This document shows, piece by piece, positions 1 to 8,050 of a stretch of 20,000 nucleotides of DNA. The notes beneath the pieces were generated by a model that had not been told where the DNA came from, did not search any database, and was given only the letters and a program-made list of their open reading frames with translations. Numbering within the stretch: the first letter of the stretch is position 1; each line of letters begins with the position of its first letter. Origin of the DNA: an uncultured virus (IMG/VR IMGVR_UViG_3300042691_024885) (taxonomy: Duplodnaviria; Heunggongvirae; Uroviricota; Caudoviricetes); the IMG/VR virus record IMGVR_UViG_3300042691_024885; one strand, given 5' to 3'. A program made the translations under genes and the position numbers.

Positions 1-1
1 T

Positions 2-67
2 GTTGATGGTCAAGAAGAACAAACAACTGAAATTTCTGTAACAAACGAAGAAAGTGTTAATGAATAA
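2..67 (+). CDS. 3' end of an upstream gene (partial, ...VDGQEEQTTEISVTNEESVNE*)
   Basis: Open frame from base 2 to TAA at 65-67, ending 3 nt before the next ATG. Product not identifiable. Confidence 0.55.
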   Translation, partial: VDGQEEQTTEISVTNEESVNE

Positions 68-70
68 CAA

Positions 71-2452
71 ATGGATCTATTTAATCCACCAAAACCATTT
101 AATTATAAAATTATGATAAACGATTTAGATTTTTCTGAATTTCAAAACCCAACAATACAAGTTGTATGGGAAGATATACAAGAAAATTTTACGCAAGACA
201 AGATAAAAAGTGTAAAACAATATTTTCAGAAAAAGTACAACTCAACAAATGTAAATGTAGTAACTAAAGTTAAAAATGTTGAGCAAGATACTATGCAAAG
301 TGTTGATGTATCCGTCAACATAATGGATAGTAATTATCAGATTGATCTACTTCGTGAATTTTTAAAATCAAAAGGATTTGAATCTCAAACTGATGAGATA
401 TTATCAATTAATAATATTGTTGAAAATAAAGTTTCTGAATCCTATGATGAAGCAACATCATTCAAAAAATGGTATATTAAAAACATTGAGTTTTCTAATT
501 TCCTATCTTATGGTGATAACCAAAAAATTGATTTTGACAAATGTAATGGTATAACTATTATTGAATCAAATCCACCAAATTTTGGGGGTAAAACGGTATT
601 AAGTGTGGATCTACTAATGTTTTTATTCTTTAACGAAACAACAAAAACGACAAAGGCAGAGGAAATCTTTAATAGATTTACAAACAAGGATAAGGTTGTT
701 GTTAAGGGAGATGTTATTATTGATGGTGAAGAGTATATCATAGTAAGAAACATTGAAAGAAAAATGTCCAAAAAAGGTGAGTGGAATGTTAAAACTGAAT
801 TGGACTTTTTCAAAAAACTTGCGGATGGGAGTTTACAGAATTTTACTGGTGAACAAAGAAGAGAAACTGAAAACTTTATTAAGTCCTCAATCGGAACCAA
901 AGAAGATTTTTTGATGACGATTCTAACCACCGCAACCAATCTTGAGGATCTCATTGACTCCAAGCCTACGGCTAGGGGTCAAGTCCTCTCAAGATTTATG
1001 GGTCTTGAATTCTTAAAAAGAAAAGAAGAAGTTGCAAAAACATTGTATTCGGACTTTTCAAAATCAATGTTATCAAATGTTTATAATACCGAACAATTAA
1101 AACAAGACAATAAACAGTATGAGGAAGACATTAATAATATTAATAATCAGATTAAAACTCTTAATGTTGAACTTGTTGATATTGAAGAAAAATTAAAGGT
1201 GGGTAAAAATTATCGCGATGATATGTTGAGAAAAAAACATACAGATATTGATAATGAAATTGCGCAAACAAACCCAACCAAAGTTCAAGAAGAAATTAAT
1301 TCATTGAATTATCAAAAAGATGAAGTTCTTAAAAAAATGAATGAAATAAATGTTATTGAACCATCTGAATATTATCACGAAGATAAACACGACGAAGCAA
1401 AAGAACAATATAACAATTTAAATAAAGAGTTGATCCAACTTGAAACAAAAATTGAAGAAATTGAAAAATTAAAAACTTCAGTTGAAGGTGGAATTAAATG
1501 TGAACATTGTGGAATTGAGTTAATAAACGCAGCGATCACCAATCAAAAAATTTCAGAACTTGATGGTTTTATCATGCAAAAAGATACAATTTGGACAACA
1601 ATGCAGGTTTTAACAGGCATAGAACAAACATTTGTAAGGTTGAAAAAAGAATTTGATGAGTATGAAAAAAACAAACTTATCAGAGAAAAATACGAATTAA
1701 GTGTTGAAAGTTTTGATTTGAAGACCCAAAATCTCAATCAGAAAATGGAAAGATATAACCAACTTCTTGATAAAATTAAAGAAAATGAAAAAATTGAAGG
1801 TTTGTTGATTAAAGCTGGAATGAGAATTGATGATTTGGAAAGAGAAAAGGCAGATAAAAAAAATAAAATAACTTCAAACGAATTTGAAATTAATAATCTT
1901 AGATCTAAAATAGAAACCAACTTGAGGACTATCATTAAAATAAATGAAGAGTCTGAAAAAGAAAAACTTTATAAGATTTACTTGGAGGCTTTTGGTAAAA
2001 ATGGTGTATCAAAAATTATTATGAAAACAATGATGCCTTTGATAAATTCTGAATTACAAAGATTAATGGAGGATAGTTCATACTTCAGATTAGAAATTAG
2101 GATTAATGATAAAAATGAGGTTGAATTCATTATGATAGATAATAGTACGGGTATTGAAAAACTAATGACATCAGGATCTGGATATGAAAGAACAATTGCA
2201 TCTTTGGCTTTGAGATCAGTTTTAAGTAAAATATGTTCTTTACCTAAACCAAATGTTGTTGTATTTGATGAGGTTTTTGGTAAAATATCAAATGATAATT
2301 TAGATATGGTATCTGAATTTTTCATTAAAATAAAAGAGTATTTTGAGAAAATTTTTGTTATCACCCATAATCCTATGATCAGTCAATGGGCGGATTCCAT
2401 AATAAAAATCAAAAAAGAAAATAATATTTCAGAAATATATCAGCAAGTTTAA
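71..2452 (+). CDS. sbcC: SbcC/Rad50/T4 gp46-like SMC-family recombination ATPase with ~130-aa N-terminal extension
   Basis: IKNIEFSNFLSYG start of the ATPase head, Walker A variant NPPNFGGKT, long coiled coils with central zinc hook CEHC, signature variant SGSGYE, Walker B VVVFDEVFG, H-loop VITH. Confidence 0.9.
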   Translation: MDLFNPPKPFNYKIMINDLDFSEFQNPTIQVVWEDIQENFTQDKIKSVKQYFQKKYNSTNVNVVTKVKNVEQDTMQSVDVSVNIMDSNYQIDLLREFLKSKGFESQTDEILSINNIVENKVSESYDEATSFKKWYIKNIEFSNFLSYGDNQKIDFDKCNGITIIESNPPNFGGKTVLSVDLLMFLFFNETTKTTKAEEIFNRFTNKDKVVVKGDVIIDGEEYIIVRNIERKMSKKGEWNVKTELDFFKKLADGSLQNFTGEQRRETENFIKSSIGTKEDFLMTILTTATNLEDLIDSKPTARGQVLSRFMGLEFLKRKEEVAKTLYSDFSKSMLSNVYNTEQLKQDNKQYEEDINNINNQIKTLNVELVDIEEKLKVGKNYRDDMLRKKHTDIDNEIAQTNPTKVQEEINSLNYQKDEVLKKMNEINVIEPSEYYHEDKHDEAKEQYNNLNKELIQLETKIEEIEKLKTSVEGGIKCEHCGIELINAAITNQKISELDGFIMQKDTIWTTMQVLTGIEQTFVRLKKEFDEYEKNKLIREKYELSVESFDLKTQNLNQKMERYNQLLDKIKENEKIEGLLIKAGMRIDDLEREKADKKNKITSNEFEINNLRSKIETNLRTIIKINEESEKEKLYKIYLEAFGKNGVSKIIMKTMMPLINSELQRLMEDSSYFRLEIRINDKNEVEFIMIDNSTGIEKLMTSGSGYERTIASLALRSVLSKICSLPKPNVVVFDEVFGKISNDNLDMVSEFFIKIKEYFEKIFVITHNPMISQWADSIIKIKKENNISEIYQQV

Positions 2453-2461
2453 TTTTTTAAT

Positions 2462-2469
2462 TATCTTTG
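2462..2469 (+). promoter_or_regulatory. Bacteroidota-type -7 promoter box (TATCTTTG)
   Basis: Matches TAnnTTTG 16 nt upstream of ATG 2486 and shares TTATCTTTGTAAGA with the promoter at 3869. No clear -33 box. Confidence 0.55.
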
Positions 2470-2485
2470 TAAGAAATAATAGAAT

Positions 2486-3031
2486 ATGAAGTATCTAATG
2501 TTCGTTTATGGATCAAGTGAATCCATCAATAGTGAAGACATCACAACAAAAATTGGTAAAGAACTACAACCAGTTACAACTGATGGATCAAGTATAAAAT
2601 ATGTTTTTGGTGATGAAAATGCTATTTTTCATTTTAATTCTGATTTGAGTTTTCAGGAAATGACAATTTATGCCGACATGGTAATTGATTCTTTCCCTGA
2701 ATTTTTATTTGTATTATTACCTTTTAATGGAGAAATTTCATCTAACTTTGATGACGATAGGATGAAACATCTTTTGGATGTTGGTCTTGAAAAAAATAAG
2801 ACAGATAAAAACAGAATTGAAATTGAAATAGATGAGGTTTTATTGAATGACGATGCGATTTTTGATGTGTTTATTGGAATGATAAACGATACTAATAATT
2901 CTTTTGGCAAAAAAAAGAAAGAAGTTATTTGTGAAATGACATTGGATGAATTACTTGATAAGATTGCGGATCATGGTATTAACTCATTAAGTGATATTGA
3001 AAGAAAAAAGTTGGAGGAATATTCAAAATAA
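2486..3031 (+). CDS. Hypothetical protein with C-terminal DUF6576-like helical domain
   Basis: C-terminal LDELLDKIADHGINSLSDIERKKL resembles the LDxILDKI..G..SL...EK..L motif seen at the end of Bacteroidota rhomboid-family proteins. Confidence 0.65.
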   Translation: MKYLMFVYGSSESINSEDITTKIGKELQPVTTDGSSIKYVFGDENAIFHFNSDLSFQEMTIYADMVIDSFPEFLFVLLPFNGEISSNFDDDRMKHLLDVGLEKNKTDKNRIEIEIDEVLLNDDAIFDVFIGMINDTNNSFGKKKKEVICEMTLDELLDKIADHGINSLSDIERKKLEEYSK

Positions 3032-3037
3032 ATATAT

Positions 3038-3838
3038 ATGAAAGAAAAGAACACAGGAGCACCTATTAATCAAGAAGAGATATCTCATTACTTGAAAGAT
3101 ATTAGAAGAATTAAAGTGATGACACCTGAAAGAGAGAAGGAGTTGTCAAAAATTATGATGTCTGAAAATTTGACAGAACGTCAAAGAAAGGAAGTTGAAC
3201 ATGAATTACTTATTGGTAATTTGAGATTCGTCATTACTGTGGCAAAACAATATCAAAATCAAGGTTTACCTCTACCTGATCTAATTAATGAAGGTAATTT
3301 TGGGTTGTTAAAGGCGATCAAAAATTTTGATTGGAGTAAAAATCTACGTCTTATTTCATATGCCGTTTGGTGGATTAAACAGTCAATCATTCAATCTCTT
3401 AATGATCATGCGAGAACTATACGACTACCGGTTAATGTGGTTCAAGAATTACAAAAATCTAAGAAGGAGATTGAAAACAATGGAGGTAAATTATCCGATA
3501 AGTTTTCAACCTTACCTAGTACTATTGACTTGGATATGAATATCAATGAAGAGGGTGATACTTTGATTGATATGATTCCAAATATGGATGCGGACGCTCC
3601 TGATTCCGCATTTAATACTAAAGATCTCCTAAAGGATAAATTGATGAAAACTTTGGATGTGTTAGATGAGAGAGAAAGAATAATTGTTGAGGATTATTTT
3701 GGATTGACTGGTACACCAAGAACTTTAGAAGATATTGGTAGTGATTTTGGGCTTACAAAGGAAAGAGTTAGACAAATTAAGGAGAAAGCATTACGTAAAT
3801 TAAGAAACGACTCTTCAGAATTATTTGAATATTTATAA
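3038..3838 (+). CDS. rpoD: Sigma-70 family RNA polymerase sigma factor (RpoD/RpoS-like, short Bacteroidota type lacking region 1.1)
   Basis: Region 1.2 YLKDI, region 2 NLRFVITVAKQYQNQGLPLPDLINEGNFGL...SYAVWWIKQSI...RTIRLP, region 4 TLEDIGSDFGLTKERVRQIKEKALRKLR. Confidence 0.95.
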   Translation: MKEKNTGAPINQEEISHYLKDIRRIKVMTPEREKELSKIMMSENLTERQRKEVEHELLIGNLRFVITVAKQYQNQGLPLPDLINEGNFGLLKAIKNFDWSKNLRLISYAVWWIKQSIIQSLNDHARTIRLPVNVVQELQKSKKEIENNGGKLSDKFSTLPSTIDLDMNINEEGDTLIDMIPNMDADAPDSAFNTKDLLKDKLMKTLDVLDERERIIVEDYFGLTGTPRTLEDIGSDFGLTKERVRQIKEKALRKLRNDSSELFEYL

Positions 3839-3846
3839 AAAAATAT

Positions 3847-3877
3847 TTTGCCAATTAAATAATATCCATTATCTTTG
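3847..3877 (+). promoter_or_regulatory. Bacteroidota sigma-70 promoter (-33 TTTG, 19-nt spacer, -7 TATCTTTG)
   Basis: TTTG 3847-3850 and TATCTTTG 3870-3877, intergenic, upstream of ATG 3902. Confidence 0.8.
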
Positions 3878-3901
3878 TAAGACAAACAAATAAGATAAGA
3901 C

Positions 3902-4294
3902 ATGACGGTAACAGAAAAAATCACAAAACTACAAGAGTTGACCAAAGAGATTAATTCAATTAAAAAAAACTTCAATATAGATATGTTTAATTTCGTTATT
4001 GAGGAGTTTAAAAAAAGAGGATTTGTAACCGATCCACGAGGAAAAGACTTTGAAAGAGGTCTATACAACTCTGAACTGAAAGTGTCAGTTCGCATCGGTA
4101 ATATTGGGACATCATATATTAGTATATCAGTGATTGATATGGTTAATAACGGAATGAATTGGGGTAGTGCGTATAATAAAATACCTGGAGGCACTCAAAT
4201 CAGATTTAATTACCTTAAAAATGATTTTGAGGGGTTCTACAACACAACTTTTACAAATCGTGTAAAAAAATTGGAAGAAATTTTGGCAAAATAA
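3902..4294 (+). CDS. Hypothetical protein (130 aa), probable early gene
   Basis: Intact ORF with its own host-type promoter. No recognisable motif. Confidence 0.75.
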   Translation: MTVTEKITKLQELTKEINSIKKNFNIDMFNFVIEEFKKRGFVTDPRGKDFERGLYNSELKVSVRIGNIGTSYISISVIDMVNNGMNWGSAYNKIPGGTQIRFNYLKNDFEGFYNTTFTNRVKKLEEILAK

Positions 4295-4312
4295 AAAAAA
4301 TATATATCTTTG
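4282..4312 (+). promoter_or_regulatory. Bacteroidota sigma-70 promoter (-33 TTTG, 19-nt spacer, -7 TATCTTTG)
   Basis: TTTG 4282-4285 and TATCTTTG 4305-4312. The 21 nt from the -7 box onward match the 3870 promoter at 20/21 positions. Confidence 0.75.
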
Positions 4313-4317
4313 TAAAA

Positions 4318-4386
4318 CAAACAAAAGTTCTTTATGTCAGAATACATTAAGAACAACCACGGTCAGAACACCGTGGTTTTGTTTTT
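4318..4386 (+). ncRNA. Candidate twin-hairpin small RNA (ends approximate)
   Basis: Lies between a consensus promoter and a U-tailed hairpin. Hairpin 1 is GTTCTT-T-ATGT-CAGAAT-ACAT-T-AAGAAC (4327-4354); hairpin 2 is AACCACGGT-CAGAAC-ACCGTGGTT (4355-4378). Confidence 0.5.
4355..4386 (+). terminator. Intrinsic terminator (region probably bidirectional)
   Basis: Perfect 9-bp stem AACCACGGT/ACCGTGGTT followed by TTGTTTTT, between convergent genes. The adjacent hairpin 4327-4354 has a U-rich tail on the minus strand. Confidence 0.75.
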
Positions 4387-4780
4387 ATACGAAAATTTGA
4401 AGTTGACCCTTACCAACAGTAAAGTCAGATTTTTTCATTACCGTGATAACGATCAGATTCCAATATGTGGACTCTATTTTTTCAGGATCTATAACAAGAT
4501 TCAAGTTATCCCCTTTCTCTCTTGACACAATAAATCTTCTTTTGTGTCTAATATTACCGTCAATAATATTATATACAATTTCATCTGAAGCCTGTTTAAG
4601 TAGTTTAACAATATCAAAATCACTTATTTTATGTTCAGATCCATGTCTCCACTTTCTTTGTTGCGTATGACCATATTCATCATGGTATAAATCAAAATCA
4701 AAAGTAATCTCATTACTTATCTCATGAAATTTCTGTTCCTGTAATAAAGTTTTTTTAATTAATCCCTCTAACGTTGACAT
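4385..4780 (-). CDS. Hypothetical protein, possible DUF4258-like (RelE/BECR-type) fold
   Basis: Likely start MSTLEG at 4780, just downstream of an ATATTTAT motif. Pattern GHTQQRKWRH...ISDFDI...LIVITVM resembles the H-x-x-x-R...I...VITV pattern of DUF4258. Confidence 0.6.
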   Translation of the reverse strand: MSTLEGLIKKTLLQEQKFHEISNEITFDFDLYHDEYGHTQQRKWRHGSEHKISDFDIVKLLKQASDEIVYNIIDGNIRHKRRFIVSREKGDNLNLVIDPEKIESTYWNLIVITVMKKSDFTVGKGQLQIFV

Positions 4781-4840
4781 AATAATAAATATCATATTAA
4801 CTTCTTTATTTTATTTTTTGATATTTATTGATTATAATTT

Positions 4841-5965
4841 ATGATTATGAAAGAGAAATTTTTACCTTGGTTTTTATTGTTCTGTGCATTAGGTTTATCG
4901 GGTGCTGCGGCATTTTATAGTGTTTATGGGTTATCAATAGTGTTTATTGGTGTTGCGATTCCTGTTATAGTAATGGGATCCTTTTTGGAGATATCAAAAA
5001 TCGCAATTGCGACTTATCTTCATGATAAATGGAAAGAAACTTATGGTATTTTAAAAATATATTTAACAATTGCCCTTGTTATATTATCCGTAATAACTTC
5101 AATGGGGATCTATGGATTATTGAGTAGCGGATTCCAACAGAACATTGCAAAACTTGAAATTAATAATAAGAAAATAAAAAACATTGAGGTTAAAAAAGAA
5201 AGATTTGAGGAAATAAAAAAAGATATATCAAAAGAGAAAGGAACACTTGACGGAGACATAACAAACTTAAGGGATGGACTTTCAAAAAATACAACAACTC
5301 AAAGTGTTGATAGAACAACAGGACAATTAATAACAAGAGCAAATAATGCAAATAGAAAAACATTTGAGGATCAATTAAAACAGGCACAAATAAGAAGAGA
5401 TGAACTTGGAAATAAGTTTGATGCGATTAATGATAGTATTACCGAACTTGATGTTACGATACTTGATATGGAGTCTGAAGAAGTGTCATCAAGTGAACTT
5501 GGTGCTATAAAATATTTAAGTGAAGTACTTGGGTGGGATATAAAAAGAACCGCAAATCTTTTTATATTGATCTTAATATTTGTGTTTGATCCATTGGCGA
5601 TAACTCTTGTTATTGCAACAAATCAAGCTTTTAAAGTAAAGAAAAAAGATGAAGAAACCCCTCAAGTAACCCCTAACCATCCCCCAAGTACCGACCAAGT
5701 AATTGATGAAAAAAGAGTTGAACAATTGACTGATTTACAGAAAGAATCAAAAAAGGTGTGGGATAATGTTCGTAGACTTAGAGAGGAAGGTAAATTACCT
5801 CCACCACCAACTGAAGAAGAAGTTTTAGAAGAACCAACCGCACTTGCGTTTACCCCATATGAAATTGAGAGTAAATCAGATAATGAGGAATTTTTCCAAG
5901 AGGATGTATTTTTTCCTGAAGAAAAAAAAACTAAAAGATTAGTATACACAAAGAAAGATGTTTGA
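4841..5965 (+). CDS. Membrane protein: 3 N-terminal TM helices, long coiled coil, further TM segment, Pro/Glu-rich tail
   Basis: Hydrophobic segments at about aa 8-95 and 240-260 (LFILILIFVFDPLAITLVIA) flank a heptad-rich region. Confidence 0.8.
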   Translation: MIMKEKFLPWFLLFCALGLSGAAAFYSVYGLSIVFIGVAIPVIVMGSFLEISKIAIATYLHDKWKETYGILKIYLTIALVILSVITSMGIYGLLSSGFQQNIAKLEINNKKIKNIEVKKERFEEIKKDISKEKGTLDGDITNLRDGLSKNTTTQSVDRTTGQLITRANNANRKTFEDQLKQAQIRRDELGNKFDAINDSITELDVTILDMESEEVSSSELGAIKYLSEVLGWDIKRTANLFILILIFVFDPLAITLVIATNQAFKVKKKDEETPQVTPNHPPSTDQVIDEKRVEQLTDLQKESKKVWDNVRRLREEGKLPPPPTEEEVLEEPTALAFTPYEIESKSDNEEFFQEDVFFPEEKKTKRLVYTKKDV

Positions 5966-6554
5966 TATTATTGAATTTGGAAACTTCAAACCAACAGGTA
6001 AACAAAAGAAGAAAAAACAAATTATATTAACTCACACATCAAGAGAAGTTAATACATATTTGATGTCATTGAAATATAGGTACAATGGAAGATACGATAA
6101 AATACCAAATTACATTGTAGATAGAGAGGGTAAAATAATAAAGTTATTGAACGATAACGAACATAGTAATTTCTTTCCAACTCAAAACGTAAATAGGAAT
6201 TCAATTGTCATATCATTGGAAAATTTAGGTTGGTTGGAAAAACAACCATTAAAAAATTCACACATTAACTGGATTGGTAATATTTATAATGAGAAGGTTT
6301 TTGAAAAAAAATGGAGAGACTATTTTTTTTGGCAACCATACACTGAAATACAGGTTATTCAAACCGCAAAATTGTGTAAAGAGCTAACAAATAAACTTTC
6401 AATAAATAAAGAATGTGTAGGTCACAACACTAGAGTTAATGGTGTTGAAAAATATGAAGGAATAGTCACTAGAAGTAATTTTAATAGTGAATACACTGAT
6501 TTAAGTCCAGCATTTAATTTTGATGAATTTATAAATTATATAGAAAATGAGTGA
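5958..6554 (+). CDS. N-acetylmuramoyl-L-alanine amidase-like (Amidase_2/PGRP fold), candidate endolysin
   Basis: IILTHT, NYIVDREGKI, NRNSIVISLEN, YTEIQ, VGHN and TDLSP follow the motif order of Amidase_2 proteins. Confidence 0.8.
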   Translation: MFDIIEFGNFKPTGKQKKKKQIILTHTSREVNTYLMSLKYRYNGRYDKIPNYIVDREGKIIKLLNDNEHSNFFPTQNVNRNSIVISLENLGWLEKQPLKNSHINWIGNIYNEKVFEKKWRDYFFWQPYTEIQVIQTAKLCKELTNKLSINKECVGHNTRVNGVEKYEGIVTRSNFNSEYTDLSPAFNFDEFINYIENE

Positions 6555-7170
6555 TTACGAGCAAATACAAAAAATGTTAAAAACAACAAGATCTTTGTTG
6601 GGTGGTAATATCCTTCAAGAGCAAGTTTCTGACATTAAAAAAAGTCATGGATTAATTAATGAACAGGAAGGAGATGAAGATGCCGAAATGATTAACCCAA
6701 TTACAAAAATTAATCCGTTAAAAGATTTAGAAAAAAGAGCAGAATATGAAACCGCCGATTCTGATGAAAAGGAGACTTCAAAAAGTGAAAGAAAAAAGGC
6801 TTACAGAATATCTGGAGGTATATTGGTTTTACATGGGACAGATGAGGCTGATGTTCAGTTAACTACTGATGATAAAAGAGCATTCCAAGAAAGTATGGAT
6901 GAGTTTGTTGCTGAAGTGGCTGAGATTGTGGACTTCAATAAATTAAACGTTTACGATAATAATGTTGAGTGGTCGGGTAAAGTAACTGAACTTGATATTG
7001 AGTTTTTCTTGTCAATTGGAGAATCAAAAGGGGTATATATAAACGGAACGATGATCAAACTTGATGATGATTTTCTTGACTTTGTAAATAAATTACAAGT
7101 TTTCTATGAGAAGTTTAAATCAAAATGGTCAAAAGTTATTGCTGCTAAAAAGAAAACACCTGAGAAATAA
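6547..7170 (+). CDS. Hypothetical acidic protein, probably virion-associated
   Basis: Intact 207-aa ORF overlapping both neighbours (translational coupling). Confidence 0.75.
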   Translation: MSDYEQIQKMLKTTRSLLGGNILQEQVSDIKKSHGLINEQEGDEDAEMINPITKINPLKDLEKRAEYETADSDEKETSKSERKKAYRISGGILVLHGTDEADVQLTTDDKRAFQESMDEFVAEVAEIVDFNKLNVYDNNVEWSGKVTELDIEFFLSIGESKGVYINGTMIKLDDDFLDFVNKLQVFYEKFKSKWSKVIAAKKKTPEK

Positions 7171-7802
7171 TGAAATTTATTAAAAAATTAGATCTTAAAA
7201 GTTTAACAATCATAGGATTGGTGATTGTCTTATTGTTAATGAGGATGTGTACATCTACAGGTACGGGTAATAATCCAGACGATAACATTAAAATAAACGG
7301 TAAAAAATATACAGTTATTAAGAGAGAGATTGATACCGTATATGTACCGACTCACGATACTATATTTAGACCAGGAAAGACAATTTATGTTGATGTACCC
7401 ATTTATGTCAATGTACCACCAAATGTTGACACTGCGGAAATATTGAAAGACTATTATGCTAAATATACATACAAAGATACTTTACGTCTTAAAGATAGTT
7501 TAGGGTATATTGCGATTAGAGACACAATATTTAAAAATAGAATTTTGAATAGACATTTTGATGTTAATGTTAATAAAATTAAGATAAAAGAAGTGGTTTA
7601 TGTTGAACCTGTTAAAAGATTAGAATTTTATTTTGGTGGTGTAATAGGATTTGATAAAGTTGATATTATAAACTTTGCCGGACCAACTTTAATGTTAAAA
7701 GATAAAAAAGATAAAGTATACTCATTAGGAATAGGTTATAATAACGCTAAAACACTTTCAATACAAGGAGGGATGTATTGGAAAATTAAATTTAAAAAAT
7801 AA
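7170..7802 (+). CDS. Envelope-anchored protein / putative lipoprotein, spanin candidate
   Basis: Basic N-terminus, hydrophobic helix, Cys at LMRMC, six D-(S/T)-hydrophobic motifs, and C-terminal amphipathic beta strands ending GGMYWKIKFKK. Confidence 0.65.
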   Translation: MKFIKKLDLKSLTIIGLVIVLLLMRMCTSTGTGNNPDDNIKINGKKYTVIKREIDTVYVPTHDTIFRPGKTIYVDVPIYVNVPPNVDTAEILKDYYAKYTYKDTLRLKDSLGYIAIRDTIFKNRILNRHFDVNVNKIKIKEVVYVEPVKRLEFYFGGVIGFDKVDIINFAGPTLMLKDKKDKVYSLGIGYNNAKTLSIQGGMYWKIKFKK

Positions 7803-7804
7803 AA

Positions 7805-8050
7805 ATGGCACTTACTCAATCTGATAAAAAAGAAATTGAAACTATGATCAGAAAAGAAATAAAAGATTTCTTAGGATCAACTACTGTCAAACAGTTTGAG
7901 GATAAATTAATGGATAAAATCTCAAAAGATGTAAAAAGAGGTAAACTTGAAAAAGACATCAAGGATTTAATCATAAAATCATTCAGAGAGTTCTACACGA
8001 TAATGTATCAACAAAGAAGTTTCTGGGAATCAAGATTCAAAGGAGTGTAA
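7805..8050 (+). CDS. Hypothetical protein (81 aa)
   Basis: Intact ORF with A-rich start context, coupled to the next gene (TAATG). Confidence 0.75.
   Translation: MALTQSDKKEIETMIRKEIKDFLGSTTVKQFEDKLMDKISKDVKRGKLEKDIKDLIIKSFREFYTIMYQQRSFWESRFKGV

Noticed and set aside
508..2364. Minus-strand ORFs inside sbcC, and similar shadow ORFs at 2668, 3327, 3694, 4127, 5190, 5662, 8241, 8738, 11389, 14340, 15356, 15660, 16170, 17218, 18078, 18293 and 19758
   Set aside because: Antisense or off-frame shadows of well-supported genes, with Ser/Phe/Leu/Ile-rich or otherwise implausible composition.
4334..4670. Plus-strand ORFs 4334..4525 and 4443..4670 as products of the 4282 promoter
   Set aside because: The first crosses the terminator hairpin, both lie antisense to a better gene, and neither looks protein-like.
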